Assembly (NCBI GenBank): GCA_025558095.1
Contig: JAIVFI010000024.1
Span: 558,001 to 622,000 of the forward strand
DNA length: 64,000 nt
Reading direction: 5' to 3'
Origin: Hyaloraphidium curvatum SAG 235-1
Taxonomy: Eukaryota; Fungi; Monoblepharomycota
Shown here: piece after piece, positions 1-10,800 of the stretch
Position numbering within the stretch: position 1 is the stretch's first letter
Layout: the number at the start of each line of letters is the position of its first letter
Program-made: the position numbers and the translations under genes
Notes under the pieces: generated by a model
The model's input: the letters and a program-made list of their open reading frames with translations, nothing else
Database searches by the model: none
What the model was told of the DNA's origin: nothing

Positions 1-692
1 GTTTGCGGCGGCCCACTCGGGTGTGAGCGAAGCGATCCACGACACCCTTTGCACCCTCGCTTCACCCTCTTCCTCCGTGATGAGCCCGGCCGCGAGGTCC
101 TCCGCCACCCGCGCCCGTTCGGCGTCCAGCAGCGAGAACCACGGGGATTGGTTTGAGGCGTCAAACTTCCTCCTGGGGGCAGTGCAGATGAGCGCCACGC
201 CCGCGAGTCGCAGTCGGGAAGACGTCCAGGATGGGTCCGACCGGCTCGTGCCGGGATACACTTTGAAGACGGCGTTCTGGGAGACATAGCCACCGAACGA
301 CACGCCCCCAAGGTGGAACCTGTCCAGACCTGCCTCACGGGCTATGCAGAGCACGTCATCGGCAAAGACTTCGTGGGACGTGATCGCGTCTAGTCCGGCA
401 GCATCCAGCACCGATTCTCCGAGGCCGCGGTTGTCGACCACGACCACATCCCGGTCGGCCAGGAGACGGAATCCAAAGTCACCCCACTCGTGCTTCAGAC
501 GACCGCTGAAATTGGTTGAGCTGGAGGTGGAATGCGGCGGGAAACCACTCACAAGCCGCAGACGAGGATCAGCGGGAGACCGGACTTTTCCGGGCTCCGG
601 CAGGCCAATCGCCGAAATGCGATCCGGGATCCGTCCCGTCCTGTTGCGAAACGCGTCTGTACCGCGTCGTAGATCGCTTCAAAGTCCGCCAT
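1..692 (-). CDS. alpha/beta-hydrolase fold protein (3' end outside window)
   Basis: ATG at 692; 47-nt GT-AG intron 506-552; spliced product reads PLILVCGFGRLKHEWGD...VVVVDNRGLGES...FHLGGVSFGGYVSQ, containing the DxRGxGxS motif and a GxSxG nucleophile elbow. Confidence 0.85.
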
Positions 693-788
693 CGCCCGAG
701 CTTCGGCCAGGGAAGACGCGAAGCCTTGACTTATTTGCTTCCAAACCTTTACCTCGTCCACCTCCTCGTTCCCCGGGCATTTGTGGCG
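693..788. promoter_or_regulatory. putative compact bidirectional promoter between the hydrolase and THOC1
   Basis: only 96 bp separate the divergent ATGs (692 on -, 789 on +); contains a pyrimidine-rich, lower-GC patch. Confidence 0.45.
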
Positions 789-2998
789 ATGGAGGTCGAC
801 GAACCTTCTGGCGGCGCGCCTCTGCGGCTCTCTCCGGTCTCTGCGTCAGCGGGATTGGCGCCCGACGCGTCGTACGGCGATGCGCGGTCAGCGCTGCTCT
901 CCGGCTTGGCCGCCGCCCTCGCCGAGGCCCGCGCCGCGGGCCGTGCCCCCGAGCGGCTCATAAAGGACGCCCTCGAGCGCCACTTGGGCTCGCTGCTGGC
1001 GCCGCCGCAGACGCCCGAGGCCGGCGAGGAGGACAAGCTGGCTTCGCTGAGGCGGCAGCGGCGTGCCGAGATGCGCAAGCTGCTCGACTCGCAGGGCATG
1101 AAGATCGAGCTGGCGAAAATCATGGATGATCTGGAGGAGCCGAATTTCGACCCGCTGTACAATCTTCTGGACGCGTCGCTGCTCTCGGCGGAGCTTGGCT
1201 ACTCGGACTCGAACACGCCCATGAACATGGTTGAGGAGGTCATGGATGCTGTCACAATCGAGGGCACTGAACGTATTTTCGATTGGATGGAGCTGCGGAG
1301 CGAGCGGTTGACGGAGGTTGGCAGCGCAAGCCGGCCAAGTCGACTTCTGCTAAACCTCCCGGCCACAGAGTATGCAGCCCAATAAGGGCAAGGGCCTGAC
1401 CCTCCTCCGCCTCTGCAACGAGCTCCTGCGCCGCCTCTCTCGGACGCAGAACACCGTTTACTCGGGCCGGATCCTCATGTACCTCTCCACCGTGTACCCG
1501 CTCTCTGAACGCTCCGGCGTCAACCTCCGCGGCGACTTCAACAAGGACAACGTCACCCACTACGAGGGCGAGGACATCGAGGACGAGGACGAGCCCATGA
1601 CGGAGGAGGGCGGCGAGGGCGAGGCCGAGGGGGACGTGGAGGCGCGGTTCTACCGCAGATTCTGGGGGATGCAGCGGTTCCTGAGCAACCCGCCGACGAT
1701 CCTGGCCGATGGCAACTTCGAGCGCTTCCGATCGGTGAGTTCGGGGACGAACTTTCTTGTGTTCACGGCATGCTTACCGCGACGTTCGCAGGTTGTGGAG
1801 ATGACCCTCTCCCGCTTTGAAAAGATAGCCGCCGACAACGAGCCCAAGGACACCCCATCGAACTCGGCGGGGCCGTCGTCGCGCGAGGGCTCTTCCTCCG
1901 GCTCGTCCTCCCGGAAGCGCAAGCAGCGTCCCGACGACCGCGCCCTGGGCAAGGAGGAGACCTTCTTCTTCCCCAAGTTCCTGACCAGCCCCAAGCTGTT
2001 TGACCTCGAGGTAACCCTGTCTGCTGAATGGTTTGCTGTGGAAACTCATCTCACGTCAACCGTTTAGCTCCGCGACCCCCACTTCCGCCGCCACATCCTC
2101 TGCCAGCTCCTCATCATCTTCCAGTACCTCTTCCTCCACGCCGCCCGCGAAAAGGAGCGCCTGGCCGAGTACACTTCCAAGGTGCCGTCGGCGTCTAAGC
2201 TGAACCAGCCCGCGAGCACGCTGTCGGAGGAGGGCGAGAAGTGGATCGAGGGGGCGAGGCAGCGGAGCCAGAAAATCGCTGAGGCGACGCCGCCGGGGGG
2301 CAGGCAATTCATGAAGACTGTGCTGCAGACCCTGACCCACGAGAAAGCCTGGGTGGGTTGCCGCCTTGCCGGACCCCCGATCGCTGGCGATTGACGTGCG
2401 CGGCAATCCACAGATCAAGTGGAAGATCGAGTCGTGCTACTCTTTCGAGCGACCCGGCCTGCCGCTGGACCTGCAGATGTCCACGAAGCGGCGCAAAGCC
2501 GAGACGCTCCCGCCCTTCCTCCGCAAGGAGGCCTGGGCGGCCATCAACGCCCCCGCTGCCTCGGACCCGCTCGCGCGGCTCCGTGCGCCGCTCGACATAC
2601 CCACCGTGGAGTCGTACGCGGCGGACGTCAAGGCCGACGCGGCCGAGTACGAGGACCGGGAGGAGCGGCGTGCTTCGGACCCGCGCGTGCAGTGGAAGGC
2701 GTGGAGGCTGGTGCGCAAGGGGAACCTGACGACGTTTTACCGGATGGCGAACCAGAACAAGCCGTCCAAGGACAAGGAAAAGCCCGCGGTCGCGGGGACG
2801 CAGACGCCGACCCCGACGGTGGCGTCGGGGGCGACGGAGGAGGCGGGCAAGGAGAAGGAGGGCCAAAAGGAGCCGGCGAAGGAGGAGTACCCGGATCTGG
2901 AGAAGTTCGTGGCCGAGTACGAGAAGGAGAAGGAAGAGCGGATGCGGGGGCCGAGGCCAAAGGCGGTCAAGGTGGAAAAGGAAGAGACGATACCATAA
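789..2998 (+). CDS. THOC1: THO complex subunit 1 (Hpr1/THOC1), multi-exon
   Basis: KGKGLTLLRLCNELLRRLSRTQNTVYSGRILMYLSTVYPLSERSGVNLRGDFN, FFFPKFLTSPKLFDLE|LRDPHFRRHILCQ and HEKAW|IKWK motifs joined across about 4 short GT-AG introns; TAA at 2996-2998. Confidence 0.93.
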
Positions 2999-3016
2999 TG
3001 GAAGGAAGCCGATAAG

Positions 3017-4594
3017 TTACACGGACGCCGCTGCGCTCCATGGGCTGACGCCGGCCTCGTTCTCGGCCCGGATCCTGTACGACGACCCCACTCCCGCCGC
3101 ACCAGTGGCGTCCACGTAGCCCGGCTCGCCCCAGGCCTGGTTCTCGTACACGGCAGAAGCGAGCAGCACCCACGTCCCGTTCCCGTTCCGCTCGACCGTG
3201 TACGAGCGCGCGCCGACGGACCCCCGCCACCGGAGCTCGACGCGGCTCCCGGAAGCGAGGGTGGCAGCGAGCGCGGTGGGAGCCGCGGGTATCGGCAGTG
3301 CGATCGCTTCGGCGAGACCGCGGATGCGGGCCGCGTACGTCCGCATGAGGGAGTTGATCGCCGGTGAGTCGGCGGGAAAGCCGGCGGGAGGGTTTGGGCT
3401 GATGCCAGGGTGGTGATAGGCGGCATAGGGCTCCCGCTCCTTGTGCGTGACTGGGCCAGCAATTAGTGTGAGCCTGGGAAGCCCCCAAGAACACTCACAG
3501 AAGCCACCTTGGGAGCTGCGGAAGCGCAAGCTCCACGCCAGCCCGCCCAGACATCGCGGCTCATCCACGATAGCCTTTAGCAGGTCCTCCATCTCGGCCG
3601 CGGGACGGAATCCGAACTCCCCCACGTAAAATACCTTTGATGCGTTACGACTCTTCAGCACCGACATGTCGGCCCGAAACTGCGCCGAAATCGGCGTGTT
3701 GATCAGGGTCACAATGTTCCAGGCGAGCAGTCCGAGCCCGAGCAGGGAGACGAAGAGCGCAAAGGCGAACGAGGCCGTCAGGATCTGGTGGGACTTTTCG
3801 GGGAACTTTGCGCCGATCTTCTTCCGCAGGGCGAGACAGACGATGGCAGCGATGCCCAGAAGAGAAAGAATGCCCACGGCGAGCCATTGTCCGACGGGTA
3901 CGCTGTCCGAGACGGGAAGCGGGTAATAGTGGCCCGTCACGCCGTCCACCTCGGCCGAGGACCACACCAGCGAGGCCCAGCCGTACTTGGAGAAAGTCCC
4001 GTCGATGATTAACTGGCTCGATAGCGGCGAAAGGGAGCGGATATGGCGCGCGACGCCGAGGGTCCATGCCGCTGGCGGCGGCCCGCCCGCGTACGACAGC
4101 TCGTTGCCCGTCTCCCAGGCCAGAATGCTGGGGTCCAGACGGTACTGTCGCCCGGTCACCGTGTTGTTGCGCAGCAAAACCGACGACACGAGGCCGCGGA
4201 AAGCCGACACCACGGCGTCGTTCGTGTAAAAGTCGTCGTCCCGCGCCGACGGGGCGACCAGCCGGGCAAAGTCGCCCGTCGAGCCCCACCACTGCCAGTG
4301 GTCCAGGAACGGCACGATGAGCCTGACGCCGAGCTCGCCGGCCAGCGCCAGCGCGCGGTCCAGGTCGCGCATGAGGTCCTCGTCCAGCTGCCCCGCGGCG
4401 TTGACGTGCCGCGGCAGCGACGCCGCGTCGCCCGGCCTCCGCACCGACAGCGCGTAGATGCGCGCGACGCCGCCGCCCATTTGCGCGACGGCCGTCAGCG
4501 CGTCGCGCTGTTCCCATTCCGTGACGCGGGCGAACCAGGGGTCCTCGACGAGGTGCAGGTTCGGCACGTTCCACGACACGAACCGCGCCGCCAT
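3017..4594 (-). CDS. GH5 endo-beta-1,4-mannanase-like glycoside hydrolase with an internal transmembrane hairpin and a C-terminal Fn3-like domain
   Basis: ILAWETGNEL (acid/base Glu), GHYYP, FYVGEFG (nucleophile Glu) and WSLRFR motifs; in-frame 48-nt intron 3451-3498; C-terminal LRWRGSVGARSYTVER. Confidence 0.85.
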   Translation of the reverse strand: MAARFVSWNVPNLHLVEDPWFARVTEWEQRDALTAVAQMGGGVARIYALSVRRPGDAASLPRHVNAAGQLDEDLMRDLDRALALAGELGVRLIVPFLDHWQWWGSTGDFARLVAPSARDDDFYTNDAVVSAFRGLVSSVLLRNNTVTGRQYRLDPSILAWETGNELSYAGGPPPAAWTLGVARHIRSLSPLSSQLIIDGTFSKYGWASLVWSSAEVDGVTGHYYPLPVSDSVPVGQWLAVGILSLLGIAAIVCLALRKKIGAKFPEKSHQILTASFAFALFVSLLGLGLLAWNIVTLINTPISAQFRADMSVLKSRNASKVFYVGEFGFRPAAEMEDLLKAIVDEPRCLGGLAWSLRFRSSQGGFCECSWGLPRLTLIAGPVTHKEREPYAAYHHPGISPNPPAGFPADSPAINSLMRTYAARIRGLAEAIALPIPAAPTALAATLASGSRVELRWRGSVGARSYTVERNGNGTWVLLASAVYENQAWGEPGYVDATGAAGVGSSYRIRAENEAGVSPWSAAASV

Positions 4595-4878
4595 GGTCGG
4601 GAAAGGCGGCGGCTACAACGAAGACGTGGTTTCTTTGTCAGGATTTCTGGCAGGAAGGCATGGCCACGGAGCTCAGAGCGCGGAGCTGAGTCGGAGCGGC
4701 GGAGCAAATTCTATTCGACGGCGGCGCCCCTTCCCAGCATCTTCAAGCAGATCCAATAGAGCGCTGTCAGATTAAACACTATAAGGACAGGACAGAGATT
4801 TCCTCAGCATCACGCCACACGCCGTCACGTCGCTCTCCTCCTCGAGTTGTATCATCCCTTTAAGTCCTTCCGTCCCGA

Positions 4879-7800
4879 TTACTCCGTCTTGGGCGTAAGC
4901 GAGTAGGAGTCAACCTGTCCAACGAAGGCGTCAGCATACTCCAGAGCCCATGGGTGAATCGCCACCCACGATCAGCTTTCCGGAGTCGACGTAGTTCTTC
5001 TTCTTGAGCAGCGAAGGGTTGATGATCGGGAACTTGACACGTCCACCGGCCCCCTTGAGGAGGTCGTTGACCGTCAGCTCAGTGAAACCGATGAGCTCAT
5101 TGCTGGTGGCGTCTTCGTCCCAGACTTCGAACAGAAGCGGCACGTCCAAGTCTCCGCGGCACAGGGCGTCCAGGTGCAGACGCAGCGGCTGCCACGTGGG
5201 GTTCAGGTTCTTGGGCACCACCTCGGTCTGCACGATCGGCACCAGGCCGCCCTCGCGGCTCGGCCGGCTGATGACGAGGAACGGATCGCTGCCTTTGCCG
5301 CCGAACCCGAGGAAGCCGCTGTCGCGCTTGTCCAACTCAAAAAAATCTCGCTGTTAGCCTTGCGGACTCGCTATGCAGTACCGATTCTCACCTTTTCGGC
5401 CCTCAGGTTGAGCACGAGGTCCTGCCCGGCGTTCTTGGCGAGCTCCTCGATGCCGACCTTGGGCATGTACGTGCTCTTGCCGTCGACGACGAACTTGCGG
5501 GCCGACGCGGGCATCTTTTGGAGCATCAGCGGGGCGGCAAAGTTGATGATCGAAAGCGCGAGACGGGGGTCGATGGTGATCCCGCCGACGGTGACAGGGG
5601 CCAACGAGGCCGCGGAAACCGTGGGAGCTGCACCGGCAACGGCAACGGCCGGGAGCACGAGTTCGAGGCCGGGGATGTTCAGCCCCTTGAGGGATCCGAG
5701 CAAGCCCTGTTGGATGGACAGGTTAGTCGGACGGCTCTGGACGGCGGAAGGCCAAACGCATACCGAGAAATCAACACCGGGGAACTGCGCCGACAGATCA
5801 GGTAGCTTGAAGCCGGGTGTGCCGAGCCCTTTGAGGGACGCCGACAGCTTGCCAAAGTCCGCTTCCGGCATCTTCAGCTTGAGGTCGCCCAGCGAGGCCT
5901 TGAGGCCACCGAGGTCCACGCCGGGGATCTTCGGCAGATCCAGGTCGAGGCTGGGCAGCGAAGCGTCGAGGGACGGCAGGTTCAGTCCCTTGATCTCCGC
6001 GTTCAGGCCCTGAAGAGACAACAACGATGAGTGGAAGCGAGGAGAGGCGAAGCTCGTGCGGATTCACCGAAAGGTCAACGCCGGGAATGTCCGGGAGCTT
6101 AAAGTCGGGCGTGCCGAGCTTGCCGAGCGAAGCCTCGAGCTTGCCGAACTCGACCTCGGGGAGCTTCGCCTTGAGGTCGCCGAGGGCGGCCTTGATGCCA
6201 GCGAGCTCAACACCAGGGATCTCGGGGAGCTTCAGATCGCCAAGGTTCAGGTCAGGGAGTTTTCCGTCGAGGGAAGGTAGTTTCGCGTCAATCGACGGGA
6301 GGTCAGGGACCTTGATGTCGGGTGGTTTGGCGTCGATAGAGGGCAGGTCCGGAACCTTGATGTCGGGCAGCTTCGCGTCGATCGACGGTAGCTCCAGGCC
6401 CTTGATCTTGGCGTCCAGTCCCTGAAAAGCAGCGCAGATGAGACACATCGCGAATCACCGCAGGCGACGACGTACCGAAAGGTCAACGCCAGGAATTTCC
6501 GGGAGCTTAAAGTCGGGCGTGCCGAGCTTGCCGAGCGAGGCCTCCAGCTTGCCAAAGTCCGCCTCGGGGAGCTTCGCCTTGAGGTCGCCGAGGGCGGCCT
6601 TGATGCCACCAAGCTCAACACCTGGGATCTCGGGGAGCTTCAGATCGCCAAGGTTCAGGTCCGGAAGTTTTCCGTCGAGCGAAGGCAGTTTCGCGTCAAT
6701 GGACGGCAGCTCCGGTGCCTTAATGTCGGGCAGTGCTGCCGAAATTGAAGGCAGTTCCGTGAGCTCAGGAAGCTTGGCATCGATTGAGGGGAGCTTTGCG
6801 TCGATCGAAGGGAGGTCCGGAACCTTGATGTCGGGCAGTTTCGCGTCGATCGAGGGAAGATCCGGCACCTTGAGTTCGGGGAGCTTCAGGCCCTTGATCT
6901 TCGCGTCCAATCCCTGCGAGGCCAGCGACGGTGAGACGGAGTTCGCACACCAGCGAGGCACGGCCCTACCGAAAGATCCACACCGGGAATTTCAGGCAGC
7001 TTGAAGTCCGGCTTGCCAATGTTACCGAGCGAAGCCTCGAGCTTGCCAAAGTCAGCCTCGGGAATCTTCGCCTTCAGGTCGCCGAGAGCAGCCTTGATAC
7101 CCGCAAGTTCCACGCCAGGGATGTCCGGGAGCTTGACGTCACCCAGATTGAGGTCAGGCAACTTGGCATCGAGCGAGGGGAGTTTTGCGTCGATGGAAGG
7201 CAGTTCCGGGGCCTTGATGTCCGGAAGCGCTGCGGAAATCGACGGCAGCTCCGGTGCTTTCAGCTCGGGCAACTTGGCGTCGAGCGAGGGGAGTTTCGCG
7301 TCGATGGAAGGCAGTTCCGGGGCCTTGATGTCCGGAAGCGCTGCGGAAATCGACGGCAGCTCCGGTGCTTTCAGCTCGGGCAACTTGGCGTCGAGCGAGG
7401 GGAGTTTCGCGTCGATGGAAGGCAGTTCCGGGGCCTTGATGTCCGGAAGCGCTGCGGAAATCGACGGCAGCTCCGGTGCTTTCAGCTCGGGCAACTTGGC
7501 GTCGAGCGAGGGGAGTTTCGCGTCGATGGAAGGCAGTTCCGGGGCCTTGATGTCCGGAAGCGCTGCGGAAATCGACGGCAGCTCCGGTGCTTTCAGCTCG
7601 GGCAACTTGGCGTCGAGCGAGGGGAGTTTCGCGTCGATGGAAGGCAGTTCCGGGGCCTTGATGTCCGGAAGCGCTGCGGAAATCGACGGCAGCTCCGGTG
7701 CTTTCAGCTCGGGCAACTTGGCGTCGAGCGAGGGGAGTTTCGCGTCGATGGAAGGCAGTTCCGGGGCCTTGATGTCCGGAAGCGCGGCCGAAATAGACGG

Positions 7801-10800
7801 GAGCTCAGGCGCTTTGAGTTCAGGCAATTTCGCATCGAGGGTCGGCAGCTGGGGCGCCTTAATCTCCGGGAGGTCCAGACCCTTGATCTTGGCGTCCAGG
7901 CCCTGCGGGCGAGGGAGTGTCAGCGACCGAAAGCGAGCAATGGGACGTGAACGCGTACCGAAAGGTCGACTCCGGGGATCTCCGGTAGCTTGAAGTCGGG
8001 TTTGCCGATGTCGCCGAGCGACGCCTCGAGCTTGCCAAAGTCGGCCTCAGGGAGTTTCGCCTTCAGGTCGCCGAGGGCGGCCTTGATGCCACCGAGCTCC
8101 ACGCCGGGAATCTCGGGGAGTTTAACGTCGCCCAGGTTAACGTCGGGCAACTTGGCGTCGATCGAAGGGAGCTTCGCGTCGATCGAAGGCAGCTCCGGCG
8201 CCTTCAGGTCCGGGAGAGCAGCAGAAATCGACGGAAGCTCCGGGGCCTTGAGCTCGGGGACCTTTGCGTCAAGCGATGGGAGCTCGGCCTTGATGTCGGG
8301 CAACTTTGCGTCGATAGAAGGCAGCTTGGCGTCGAGCGAGGGCAGTTCCGGGGCCTTGAGCTCCGGGAGAGTGACCCCCTTGACCGCAGCATCAAGACCC
8401 TGTCGACGAGGCGGTGAGGTGCGCAATATCGAGGCCAGTCACAATTCCTTACAGAGAGATCCACGCCGGGGATTTCAGGCAGCTTAAAGTCGGGCTTGCC
8501 AATGTCCTTGAGCGCAACTTCCAGTTTCCCCAGGTCGGCCTCGGGCAGCTTGGCCTTGATATCGCCAAGCGCGGCCTCGACGCCCTTCAGGTCAACACCG
8601 GGGATTTCCGGGAGCTTGAGATCGCCCTTGGGCAGCACGCCCTCGATCGACGGGACCGCCGCGGCCAGGGCAGGGAGCGCGGCCTCGAGCTTGGGCACGT
8701 CCGGAAGCGCAGCGTCGAGCTTCGGCACGTTTGGAAGTTTCGCGTCGAGCTTGGGCACCTCAGGCAGCGCAGCGTCGAGCTTCGGCACCTCAGGCAGCCC
8801 AGCGGCAATTTTGGGCACGTCGGGAAGAGCAGCGTCGAGTTTAGGCACGTCCGGAAGTTTGGCGTCGAGCTTGGGCACCTCAGGAAGCGCAGCGTCCAGC
8901 TTCGGAACGTCAGGGAGCGCGGCCGAGATCGAAGGGGCGTCCAGCGAGGGCGCCTTGAGCTCCGGGAGCTTCACGTCCTTAACGGCAGCCTCCAGCCCCT
9001 GCGACAAACGGAAGGATAAGGAGAGGCGCTTCATGGTTGAGAGTTGTCGCCTACCTTCAGGTCCACGCCGGCGATCTCGGGCAGCTTGAAGTCCGGCTTG
9101 CCAATATCCTTGAGCGCGGCCTCCAACTTGCCCAGCTCGGCCTCCGGAACAGCAGTTTTCAGGTCGCCAAGAGCGGCCTCGACACCCTTCAAGTCCACGC
9201 CCGGAATTTCGGGGAGCTTGAGCTCGCCCTTGGGAAGGACACCCTCGATCGACGGCGCGGCGGCGGCCAGCGAAGGAGCCTCGAGGCTCGGAGCGGCGAC
9301 ACTGCCCTTGGGAAGGGCAACGGCGGCGGCGACGGCGGGAAGAGCGGCGGCGACGGCGATCACGGGAGCCTTGATGTCCTGCCCGGTAACCTCGGGGCCC
9401 GCGGCGTCCACCCCAGCGGCAACGTCGACGCTGGCGGCTGCAGCGAGGTCGTCCAGCGCCTTTTCGGCGCCAGCCTCGGCGTTGACGAGCGCATCACCGA
9501 CCGCGTCGGCGATCGCATCGGCGGCCTTGTCGAGCTCCTTGCCTTCGGCGGCCTCGGCCTTGGCGAGGGCGCCCTCTGCAGCGGCGGGAGCAACAGCACT
9601 AGGGGCGGCGGCGGCGATCGCGGGAGCCTTGGTGTCCTGGCCCGTGATCTCGGGGCCGGCGGCGTCCACCCCGGCGGCAACGTCGGCGCGGGCTGCAGTG
9701 GCGAGGTCATCGAGCGCCTTTGCGGCGCCATCCTCGGCAGTGACGAGAGCATCGCCGACCGCATCGGCGATCACGTCGGCGGCCTTGTCGAGCTCTTTTC
9801 CTTCGGCGGCCTCGGCCTTGGCGAGAGCGCCCTCTGCAGCTGCGGGAGGAACAGCACTGGCGGCAGCAGGAGCAGCAGTGACGTCGCCCAGGGCTTTCGC
9901 GGCACCCGCAGCGACGTCTCCGAGGGCCTTTTCGGTGCCCGCGGCCACATCGCCGAGGGCTTTCTCTGCTCCCGCGGCAACGTCCCCGAGCGCCTTCTCT
10001 GGTACCGCAGCGACATCGCCGAGGGCTTTCTCGGTGCCTGAGACGGCGTCTCCACGAGCCTTCTCGGCCTCCGCAACGGCGTCGCCGAGCGCTTTCTCTG
10101 CCCCGGCGGCGGCATCCTCGAGCGCCTTCTCGGGCACCGCAGCGGCGTCGCCGAGGGCTTTCTCCGCGCTCGCAGCGGCGTCGCCCAGGGCTTTCTCGGC
10201 ACCGGCAGCGACGTCTCCGAGCGCTTTCTCTGCTCCGGCGGCGGCATCTGCGCCTGCCTTCTCGGCGCCCGCAGCAACATCGCCGAGCGCTTTCTCCGCG
10301 TCAGCAGCCGCGTCTCCGAGCGCCTTCTCTGCACCGGCGGCCTCGTCGCCCAGGGCACCGCCGGCCTTGGCGACCTCGCCCGCAATCACGTCCAGCCCTT
10401 CCTGCACGTTGGCGTTGGCGGCCGCGGCGAGCTGCGCCACGGCGTCGTCGGCACCGGCGCTGGCATCGGCGAGGGCGTCGCCGACCGAGGCCGCGAGGCC
10501 GTCCGCGAACCCGTCGAAGGCCTTGGCAGAGGCCTCTTCGGCGTCGCCGAGGGCCCTTTCGGCGCCAGCTAGGTCGACGGCGGGGCCGTCCTTGGGCTGA
10601 TGGAGCGGCGTGATGGAGGTCAGTGGGCTTACGGCAACCCTGGGAGGGCAGACTCACGGCAGCAGCGGCGGCAGCGACGGCACCGACGGCACCGGCCGCG
10701 GGAGCAACACCTGCGGCAATAGGGGCGGCACCAGGTGCCGAACGAGCAGCCGGTTCACCGGCAGCGGGGCCCGACTGTGTGATCGTGATCAGCGACCGGC

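Noticed and set aside
7150-10350. Tandem repeats as a CRISPR-like array or non-coding satellite
   Set aside because: Units are multiples of 3, have no unique spacers and lie in an open coding frame of a spliced eukaryotic gene
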